From the NCBI GenBank assembly GCA_947589535.1, contig CANQAS010000004.1, positions 1 through 48,952 on the forward strand: a stretch of 48,952 nt of DNA, written 5' to 3'. The DNA comes from an uncultured Bacilli bacterium (GTDB lineage Bacteria > Bacillota_I > Bacilli_A > RF39 > UBA660). The notes under the pieces were generated by a model. That model was not told the DNA's origin, did no database searches, and saw nothing but the letters and a program-made list of their open reading frames with translations. Shown in pieces: positions 41,355 to 48,952 of this stretch (the first letter of the stretch is position 1; each line of letters begins with the position of its first letter). Both the position numbers and the translations under genes were made by a program.

Positions 41355-41885
41355 TTAATGATTTGTCAACACTACAAAAGAATATAAAAATAATATTATT
41401 CCACCAAATAAAAACGACAATTTACCTATCTTATTTGATATTTTTTTACCTAAACTAAATCCCAAAAATGTAAATAGCATACTAATTAAACAAAAACTAG
41501 AAACAACAAGTAAAATATTATCATAAATGTAACTTATTCCAATACCAACTGAAAAACTATCAAAGCTAACTGAGATGGCAAATAAAATTATTCCTATAAA
41601 GTTTAATTCTATTTTTTTATCTTCTACTTCAAAAAAATGAATAATCATATCAATAGAAAGTATTAAAAATACCACAAAAAGAACGTACCTTGGTTTGATT
41701 AAAGTATATTCAAAAAGTGGTAAACCAACAACGTTACCAATAAGTGGCATAAAAAAGTGAAAAATACCAACTGTTATGGCGGTAACAATCATATTTTTCT
41801 TATTTACATTACTTATTCCATAAGATAAAGAAAGTGCAAATGCATCCATACTTAAACTAATTGCTATTAATATAATGTTTATTAT
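41355..41885 (-). CDS. mntP: Manganese efflux pump MntP (YwlD-like); probable non-canonical start
   Basis: SLSMDAF, FHFFMPLIG, SVSFDSFSVG; TM1 lies upstream of the first ATG (41849). Confidence 0.85.
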   Translation of the reverse strand: MINIILIAISLSMDAFALSLSYGISNVNKKNMIVTAITVGIFHFFMPLIGNVVGLPLFEYTLIKPRYVLFVVFLILSIDMIIHFFEVEDKKIELNFIGIILFAISVSFDSFSVGIGISYIYDNILLVVSSFCLISMLFTFLGFSLGKKISNKIGKLSFLFGGIILFLYSFVVLTNH

Positions 41886-41921
41886 GATGTATCACCTCTA
41901 CATTATATTATTACTTTTACT

Positions 41922-42452
41922 CTAAAAATATTTTTCAATTAGCTCTTTTATGAAAGATTTATACTCTACTTCACTAGTATTAGCGTTTTCTTCTGCTTCT
42001 AATAAACATAATGGAGGAAATAAAACACACCACCAATTATCTCCCTTTCCTTTACCCAAAGTAACTAATAAAGATTCATACTCCCCAGCTTCATAAGTTA
42101 TACCTTTATATGTTTTTTCTGGAAACTCATGCATTCCATAATCTATAGTATAAGAATATTCTTTATCTTTCATTTCTTCTTCTAATATTTTGTTAAAATT
42201 ATCCATATTATTATTAATTAAATTTCTAGCTTGTTTTGTGCTTTTAGAGTTTTCAAGTAAACTATATAGTTCTTTTTGCATTTTATCTCTTACTTCTTCT
42301 TTGATTTTTTGATCTCTTGGAGAATTACTATTTGCTAGCACTCTAAACCTTATCGCAGAATCAGGTATTTTAACCGATTCTTGAGTCTTTGCTTTGTTAA
42401 AAAACATATATAATGACAAACATACTAGCATAATTAAAATTATTTTCTTCAT
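41922..42452 (-). CDS. spoIIR: Stage II sporulation protein R
   Basis: Signal peptide, IRFRVLANSNS..DQ..K, FPEKTY, AGEYE, G.GDNWWCVLFPPLC. Confidence 0.95.
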   Translation of the reverse strand: MKKIILIMLVCLSLYMFFNKAKTQESVKIPDSAIRFRVLANSNSPRDQKIKEEVRDKMQKELYSLLENSKSTKQARNLINNNMDNFNKILEEEMKDKEYSYTIDYGMHEFPEKTYKGITYEAGEYESLLVTLGKGKGDNWWCVLFPPLCLLEAEENANTSEVEYKSFIKELIEKYF

Positions 42453-42488
42453 AAAAAATCACCCTCTATTAATTAGTGAGTGACTTTT
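42453..42488 (-). terminator. Terminator-like hairpin after prmC containing the spoIIR SD
   Basis: AAAAGTCACTC-A-CTA-ATTAA-TAG-A-GGGTGATTTTTT immediately before the ATG. Confidence 0.6.
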
Positions 42489-43203
42489 AATAATTATATA
42501 CGAAGACAAACCTATTTTTATCTGACAAATCTTTTTTTATTTCTACATTTACATCACCCAAGTATTTTAATGCTAATACTTTAATATCTTCGCCTTGGGT
42601 TTCGCCAATTTCAAATGCTATTAAAAATTTATCATTAAGCACCTTTTTTGCATTAATTAATATATTTTCATAAAACTCTAAACCATTATTTTTCGCATAC
42701 AAAGCAAGATGTGGTTCATTATTTTTTACGATGTCTTCTACTTTTTCTTCTTTTCTTAAATAGGGCGGATTGCTAACTAATATATCTACATTAATATTAT
42801 TTTCTATATATGGTTTTAGCATATTACCTTTAAAAAAAGTTACATCCGCTTTATTATTAATACTATTTTCTTTTGCAACATCTACTGCTTTTTCACTTAT
42901 ATCAGAAGCGTATACGTGTGTTTTAAGCTCTTTTGATAAAGATATAGCAATAGCACCACTACCAGTTCCAACATCTATAATAACTGGACTATTAAACATT
43001 TTAGAGCGTTTGATAACCTCTTCTACTAACTCTTCAGTTTCTCTCCTTGGAATAAGTACGTTTTTGTTAACGTTTAATATATAACCATAAAAATCCACAT
43101 TTCCCACTATGTATTGAACTGGTTCTCCAGCTTCTAGTCTTTTAATAGCATCGTTAATGCTACCATTATAATACTTTTTTAAATATTCAATTTCTTTTTT
43201 CAT
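42487..43203 (-). CDS. prmC: Release factor glutamine methyltransferase (short N-domain)
   Basis: GEPVQYI, VLIPR.ETE, DVGTGSGAI, SNPPY, FEIG..Q. Confidence 0.96.
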   Translation of the reverse strand: MKKEIEYLKKYYNGSINDAIKRLEAGEPVQYIVGNVDFYGYILNVNKNVLIPRRETEELVEEVIKRSKMFNSPVIIDVGTGSGAIAISLSKELKTHVYASDISEKAVDVAKENSINNKADVTFFKGNMLKPYIENNINVDILVSNPPYLRKEEKVEDIVKNNEPHLALYAKNNGLEFYENILINAKKVLNDKFLIAFEIGETQGEDIKVLALKYLGDVNVEIKKDLSDKNRFVFVYNY

Positions 43204-43329
43204 ATATTTTTCTCCTTAAACGGCATTTCATGGTTTTGAAATCTTTTTATTAGAAAATTTAATTCTTGATAATCTAAAACTATTGTTAAATTCTTATGTT
43301 TTATTATATCATTTATTTTTATTTTCCTT

Positions 43330-43356
43330 AATAAAAGCCGGAGTTATTCTCCAGCT
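43330..43356 (-). terminator. Terminator with the prfA stop codon in its loop
   Basis: AGCTGGAG-AATAA-CTCCGGCT-TTTATT. Confidence 0.7.
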
Positions 43357-44399
43357 AATTTTCTTCTTTGATCTTCTGTTATAAGAGCTTCTATTATATC
43401 TCCTAATTTACCATTCATTACTCTATCAAGAGAGTTAGTAGTAAATCCTATTCTATGGTCAGTTACTCTGTTTTGAGGATAGTTATATGTTCTTATCTTT
43501 TCAGATCTATCACCAGTACCTATTTTACTTCTTCTTTCGGCTCCTACTTCTTTTTCTTGCTCTCTCATCTTAAGATCATATACTCTTGATTTTAAAATTT
43601 TAAAACCTTTTTCCTTGTTCTTAATTTGTGATCTTTCTGTTTGAGAGTAAACAACTATACCTGTTGGAATATGAGTTAAACGAACAGCCGAGTCCGTTGT
43701 GTTAACACCCTGCCCACCATTACCACTTGCACGGGTAATATCTATTCTTACTTCGTTCATGTCAAGTTCAAAATCTAAGTCATCAATTTCAGGCATTACA
43801 AGTACTGTTGAAGTTGATGTATGAACTCTTCCTTGTGATTCTGTTGCTGGAACCCTTTGAACACGATGAGCTCCTGATTCATATTTAAGTTTAGAGTATG
43901 CACCATCACCTTTAACCATAAATGATATTTCTGAAAAACCTCCAGCTGAACTTGGTGTACTTTCTAGCTCTTCTACTTTAAAACCTTCTGATTCTGCATA
44001 TCTACAATACATATTATATAAGTCTCCGGCAAAGATATTAGCCTCATCTCCACCAGCTGCACCACGGATTTCAACAATTATGTTTTTACCATCGTTAGGA
44101 TCCTTTGGTAATAATAATATTTCTAATTTTTTTTCTAACTTTTTTTGCTTAGCTAAGCATTTTTCTTCTTCTTCCATAGCAAATTCTGCCATTTCAGGGT
44201 CCTTAGCTAGTTCTTTAGCTTCTTCATAATCATTTTTAGCTTTCAAATATTCATTATAGCATTCAATTATTTCAGATAGATCAGATTGTTCTTTAGATAA
44301 TTTAGTTGTTAAACTAACATCACTTATTACTTCTGGTTTAGTAAGCTCATTAGTTATAACTTCATTTCTTTGTTTTATTGCTTCTAATCTTTCAAACAT
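43344..44399 (-). CDS. prfA: Peptide chain release factor 1
   Basis: RVQRVPATES (PxT motif), GGQ, RSEKIRTYN. Confidence 0.99.
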   Translation of the reverse strand: MFERLEAIKQRNEVITNELTKPEVISDVSLTTKLSKEQSDLSEIIECYNEYLKAKNDYEEAKELAKDPEMAEFAMEEEEKCLAKQKKLEKKLEILLLPKDPNDGKNIIVEIRGAAGGDEANIFAGDLYNMYCRYAESEGFKVEELESTPSSAGGFSEISFMVKGDGAYSKLKYESGAHRVQRVPATESQGRVHTSTSTVLVMPEIDDLDFELDMNEVRIDITRASGNGGQGVNTTDSAVRLTHIPTGIVVYSQTERSQIKNKEKGFKILKSRVYDLKMREQEKEVGAERRSKIGTGDRSEKIRTYNYPQNRVTDHRIGFTTNSLDRVMNGKLGDIIEALITEDQRRKLAGE

Positions 44400-44836
44400 T
44401 ATTCATCCATCTCTTCTTCTGTTACTATTGCTAAATCTTCTAAATCATCCATATCGTCATCTGTACCATCATAATTATCAACATCCGGTGTTACTGCTTC
44501 ATCTTCTATTTCTTCTGAAATTTCGTCTTCAGATGATTCTTCTTCAGATGTTTCATCTTCTTCATCATCTTCGATAACTACTTTAACCGAATGTGATTCT
44601 CTTAAATCCCACTCTGCACCATCTAGAAGTAAAAATCTTTTATCAGTGGTAAGAGTAGTATAAAAGTCACCAATCATTTCCATCATATTATCTTCACTTA
44701 TTTCAAGCAATTTACAAACTTCGCCAAATAACATTGGAGTTGTTTTAGGTTTTTTATCCAATTTTAATAATTCATATGCTATATCTGTATAAGATAATAA
44801 TTCTAATTCCTCTAAAGGCATTTTTCTAACGTTCAT
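44399..44836 (-). CDS. rpoE: RNA polymerase delta subunit
   Basis: LSYTDIAYELL, FYTTLTTDKRF...WDLR, acidic tail; TAATG overlap with prfA. Confidence 0.93.
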   Translation of the reverse strand: MNVRKMPLEELELLSYTDIAYELLKLDKKPKTTPMLFGEVCKLLEISEDNMMEMIGDFYTTLTTDKRFLLLDGAEWDLRESHSVKVVIEDDEEDETSEEESSEDEISEEIEDEAVTPDVDNYDGTDDDMDDLEDLAIVTEEEMDE

Positions 44837-44848
44837 AAAAAATTCCTC

Positions 44849-46477
44849 CTACATCTTATCAGGTGCGTTTACACCTATAAGTTTTAATGCGTTTTTAATA
44901 GTTATACCTACGGCTTTTATTAGAGACAAGCGTTCGCCAGATTCTTTTATATCATCAGTTAATATTCTATGTTTTCCATAATAATTATGTAACAAAGAAG
45001 CTAAATCATACACATAATTTGTAATTAAATGTGGTTCTTTTTTAGTTGCGGCATTTTCTACAACATCTGTAAATTCATAAACTTTTAATATTAAAGCCTT
45101 TGAATCATCATCATTTATATTATTAATATCTGTTTTTAGATCAATTTGTTTTTCTTTAGCATCTTTTAATATTGAGCTTATTCTAGCGTGTGCATACCCA
45201 ACGTAGAATAGCGGATTATCACTAGATTTTTTTAATGCTAAGCTTATATCAAAATCCATTTGACCATCCAGGCTTCTTGTCGCAAAAAAATATCTTGCAG
45301 CATCAACACCTATTTCTTTTACAAGTTCAGAAATAGTAATGTTACCACCTGCACGTTTACTCATCTTAACAATTTGACCATCACGAAGAAGCCTTACCAT
45401 TTGAAGAAGTCTTACTTCTAGCTTATCTTTGTCATAACCTAAAGCCTCAATACTTGCTTTAAGTCTTGATACATAGCTGTGGTGATCAGCACCAAGAACG
45501 TCTACTAGGTAATCAAATCCTCTATCAAACTTATCTAAATGATATGCTATGTCTGGTACCAAATACGTATAACTACCGTCTGATTTAATAAGTACCCTAT
45601 CCTTATCATCACCATATACTGTAGTTTTTAAAAATGTTGCATTTTCTGCTTTATATACTAAACCCTTTTCATCAAGAATTTTTAAAGATTCTTCTATTCT
45701 TCCTTTAGCGCGGATAGTTTTTTCACTAGTCCATACATCAAATGTAACTCCGAAATTTGAAAGATCCGTTTTAATAATGTTTAGTAAGTAATTAACACCC
45801 GTTTCTTTAAAATATTCTAAATCCTCATTTAATTTAGAATCCTTAAATTCATCATAAATAGTTTTGGCTATATCTATTATTTCAGAACCATAATAACCAT
45901 CTTCTGGCATACTTTCTTCTAATCCGCATAATCCTTTATATCTTTCTTTAATAGACATACCAAGATTTATTATCTGATTACCAGCATCATTTATATAGTA
46001 CTCTTTAGTAACATCATAGCCTGCAAAGCTCATTATATTAGCTAAGTTAGATCCATATGCAGCACCACGTGCAGTACCTAAGTGAAGTATTCCTGTTGGA
46101 TTAGCACTAACAAATTCTATATCTATCTTTTCATTATTACCAATAGTACTTCTACCATAATCAGAATCTTTTTCTATTACGGATTTAACTCCGCTAAAAA
46201 CATATGCATCATCAAGATAAATATTAATAAATCCAGGTCCAGCTATTTCTACTTTTTTTATTTCTTCTTTTTCCTTAATAGCACCTACTATTTTATCAGC
46301 TATTTCTCTTGGATTTGTTTTTAATATTTTAACCAATTGCATTGCAATGTTTGTAGAAAAATCTCCATTATTTCTGTCTTTTGGTATTTCTACTACTATT
46401 TTACTTTCATCATAATTTATTTCTAATTCTTTTAAAGCATTAGAAATAATATTTTTTATTATTTGCTTTAGATTCAT
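44849..46477 (-). CDS. argS: Arginyl-tRNA synthetase
   Basis: GDFSTN, AGPGFIN, SANPTG.LHLG, GADH, KMSKRAG, YAHAR. Confidence 0.98.
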   Translation of the reverse strand: MNLKQIIKNIISNALKELEINYDESKIVVEIPKDRNNGDFSTNIAMQLVKILKTNPREIADKIVGAIKEKEEIKKVEIAGPGFINIYLDDAYVFSGVKSVIEKDSDYGRSTIGNNEKIDIEFVSANPTGILHLGTARGAAYGSNLANIMSFAGYDVTKEYYINDAGNQIINLGMSIKERYKGLCGLEESMPEDGYYGSEIIDIAKTIYDEFKDSKLNEDLEYFKETGVNYLLNIIKTDLSNFGVTFDVWTSEKTIRAKGRIEESLKILDEKGLVYKAENATFLKTTVYGDDKDRVLIKSDGSYTYLVPDIAYHLDKFDRGFDYLVDVLGADHHSYVSRLKASIEALGYDKDKLEVRLLQMVRLLRDGQIVKMSKRAGGNITISELVKEIGVDAARYFFATRSLDGQMDFDISLALKKSSDNPLFYVGYAHARISSILKDAKEKQIDLKTDINNINDDDSKALILKVYEFTDVVENAATKKEPHLITNYVYDLASLLHNYYGKHRILTDDIKESGERLSLIKAVGITIKNALKLIGVNAPDKM

Positions 46478-46851
46478 TATAAATCGCTCCATTCTAAGTT
46501 GTAGTTAAAACTATCACTAAACTCACCATTCATAAATAATTCATATTCTATTTCAAATCCATTATTATTAATAATCAAGCGTTTTGTTTTAGTCTTTACT
46601 TTTACTTCTAACCCTAACTGTTTAATTATGTATTTTGTAGTTACGGTTTTAGTGTTTTCAAATTCTAAAGTTAGCTTCATGTCATCGTTTTCTCTTATTA
46701 AAATAATTTTATTTTTTAGCAATGTAATGTTTACATTTACACCATTATTTTTATAACTTATTTTCCCATCTTTTAATATGGCTTTTACATTTGTTAATCG
46801 CTCTTCTTCATTCTTAGAAAAAACGTTAGAATTAATAATAATTTTAGACAT
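46477..46851 (-). CDS. YwiB/DUF1934-like beta-rich protein
   Basis: Beta-strand-rich 124 aa ORF coupled (TAATG) upstream of argS, matching ywiB-argS synteny. Confidence 0.7.
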   Translation of the reverse strand: MSKIIINSNVFSKNEEERLTNVKAILKDGKISYKNNGVNVNITLLKNKIILIRENDDMKLTLEFENTKTVTTKYIIKQLGLEVKVKTKTKRLIINNNGFEIEYELFMNGEFSDSFNYNLEWSDL

Positions 46852-46968
46852 AAAAACACCTTTAAAATTTTTCTAACGTCAATATAGCATAGAAAAGAAA
46901 AAAGGTCAACAAAATACTTATATTTTGCACTTTTTTACCAATACTAAAATTAGAAAGAAGGCGATTAA

Positions 46969-48945
46969 ATGAAAAAAATAAAGATAATTTCTAAAGTTTT
47001 AATCGCTTTTATGCTTGTATTTTGTGTATGTTATAGCATATTATTCATATGTGCTAAATATGGTTCTAAAATAGATATACAAAACTCTAATAGTATTTAT
47101 ATGTATGATAAAGATAATAAAAGTTTCTATGAAGGTAATAATGGAACTAGAAAGTGGATAAAATTAAAAGATATATCCAAATATTTAATTAATGCTACTA
47201 TTTATTCTGAAGATAAAAATTTTTATAATCACATCGGATTTGATATTCCTAGAATAATAAAGTCTAGTATTATTAATATAAAATCAAAAGACTTAAAACA
47301 AGGAGCTTCCACTATTACACAACAATATGCTAGAAATCTATTTTTGACATTTGATAAGACATGGGAAAGGAAAATTAAAGAAGCCTGGTATGCTTTTAAA
47401 TTAGAAGCACAATACTCAAAAGAAGATATATTAGAAGGATATTTAAATACGATAAATTATGGTAATGGAATACTAGGAATAGAAAATGCTTCATTATACT
47501 ACTTTAATAAATCTGCCAAAGACCTTAATATGGCAGAAGCAACTATGTTAGCAGGTATTCCTAAGTCTCCTAATAACTATTCTCCATTAAATGACGAAAT
47601 TGCTGCTAAAAAAAGACAAAAAGAAATATTACAAGCATTAGTAAATAACAAAGTAATTTCTAAAAAAACAATGGATGAAACATTAGATGTAAAACTTACA
47701 TACTATGGTAAAAAAGAAAACCTTAATTTAGCTACCATAATGTATTATCAAGATGCAGTTATAAGAGAACTACAAGATTTAAAGATAGTAAGTGATGATA
47801 GAATAAGAGAAGAAGGACTAAAAATATATACTAGTCTAGATATAAATGCACAAACAGTTTTAGACGATAGTATTAAAAATAACTTAGAGGGAAAAGATGA
47901 AATTCAAACTTCTGCAATTATGATCAATCCAAAAAATGGAGAAATAATCGCACTAGCAGGTGGGAAAGATTACTCTAAATCACAATATAATAGAGCTGTA
48001 CAGTCTAAAAGACAAGTAGGATCTACCATGAAACCAATACTTTATTATGCCGCCTTAGAAAACGGTTTAACCGCTTCTACAACGTTTTTAAGTAAACCAA
48101 CAACATTTACCTTAGATAATGGTCTAACATACTCTCCAAGTAATTATAGCAATATATATCCTAATGATAAGATTACCATGGCTCTTGCTATTTGCTACTC
48201 AGATAACATATATGCAATTAAAACCCATCTTTTTCTAGGAGAAGATATGATGATTAAATACGCAAGGAAAATGGGAATAAAAAGTAAGTTAGAAGCTAAT
48301 GCATCATTACCACTTGGTACTAATGAACTAACTACAAAAGAGTTTGTAAGTGCATATGCAACTCTTGCAAACTCTGGAGTAAGTGTTAAGGAACACCTAA
48401 TTAGAAAAATAGAAGATGGTAATGGTGATATTATTTATGAGTTTAAAGATGAAAAAGAAAAGGTATTAAATAAATCATATACTTACATACTAAGCGAATT
48501 ATTATCTAATACTTATGACACTAATTTAAAAAGTTATACAGCGCCTACTTGTGCTTCTATAGCACCTAAATTAACAAAAAAATACGCTATTAAAAGCGGT
48601 ACTACCGATTATGACCTATGGACCGTAGGATATAACCCAGACGTTGTAATTGGAGTGTGGACCGGATATGATGATAATAGGAAGCTTAACAAAAAAGAAT
48701 ATAAATACTCAAAAAACATATGGGCGGATACCATAGAAGGATATTTAAGAGATAAAGAAGCTAATTGGTATGAAACGCCAAATAACGTAATTGGGGTGAT
48801 AACGGATTTAAACACTGGTAAAGAAGCAACTAATGATTCTAAGCTTAAAAAAATACTATACTACGTGAAAGGTACTGAACCTGGATATGTAAGTAAAACT
48901 ACTAAAAAGAAAAAAACAACCACCAAAAAAACGACTAACAATTAG
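46969..48945 (+). CDS. Class A penicillin-binding protein (PBP1A family, PbpG-like)
   Basis: EDKNFY.H, GASTITQQ, RKIKE, YLNTINYG; STMK, SDN and KSGT transpeptidase motifs. Confidence 0.95.
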   Translation: MKKIKIISKVLIAFMLVFCVCYSILFICAKYGSKIDIQNSNSIYMYDKDNKSFYEGNNGTRKWIKLKDISKYLINATIYSEDKNFYNHIGFDIPRIIKSSIINIKSKDLKQGASTITQQYARNLFLTFDKTWERKIKEAWYAFKLEAQYSKEDILEGYLNTINYGNGILGIENASLYYFNKSAKDLNMAEATMLAGIPKSPNNYSPLNDEIAAKKRQKEILQALVNNKVISKKTMDETLDVKLTYYGKKENLNLATIMYYQDAVIRELQDLKIVSDDRIREEGLKIYTSLDINAQTVLDDSIKNNLEGKDEIQTSAIMINPKNGEIIALAGGKDYSKSQYNRAVQSKRQVGSTMKPILYYAALENGLTASTTFLSKPTTFTLDNGLTYSPSNYSNIYPNDKITMALAICYSDNIYAIKTHLFLGEDMMIKYARKMGIKSKLEANASLPLGTNELTTKEFVSAYATLANSGVSVKEHLIRKIEDGNGDIIYEFKDEKEKVLNKSYTYILSELLSNTYDTNLKSYTAPTCASIAPKLTKKYAIKSGTTDYDLWTVGYNPDVVIGVWTGYDDNRKLNKKEYKYSKNIWADTIEGYLRDKEANWYETPNNVIGVITDLNTGKEATNDSKLKKILYYVKGTEPGYVSKTTKKKKTTTKKTTNN

Positions 48946-48952
48946 TCGTTTT
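48926..48952 (+). terminator. PBP gene terminator
   Basis: AAAACGACTAA-CAA-TTAGTCGTTTT. Confidence 0.75.

Overview
Very AT-rich, mostly minus-strand core chromosome of a genome-reduced but walled, probably spore-forming member of Bacilli. The lineage is inferred to be RF39/UBA660-like from gene content. It holds 49 complete CDS plus a partial amidase. These include htrA, an Abi_2/HEPN gene, rplM-rpsI, cdaA-cdaR, an M18 aminopeptidase, uvsE, tetR-pip, trxA-trxB, eno, secG-rnr-capA-smpB, a FemAB-like transferase, rpsL-rpsG-fusA-tuf, rpmE, fba-murA, mntP, spoIIR, argS-rpoE-prfA, prmC and a class A PBP. RNA genes are tRNA-Thr(CGT) and tmRNA. No CRISPR array, transposase or integrase is visible. 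The strongest signals concern translation. (1) None of the 49 genes stops at TGA (35 TAA, 14 TAG), none uses TGA in frame, and all six stop/start overlaps are TAATG/TAGTG rather than ATGA, suggesting an abandoned UGA codon and possible RF2 loss. (2) The prfA stop sits in a terminator loop, and its frame stays open for 47 codons to a TGA overlapping the prmC start, a candidate termination-efficiency feedback circuit. (3) S12 has Ile in place of the conserved Pro of KDLPG. (4) The tmRNA appears to resume on AAC. (5) mntP appears to need an ATA/ATC start. A glycosyltransferase islet flanked by a diverged duplicate of the tRNA-Thr 3' end and terminator is also present.
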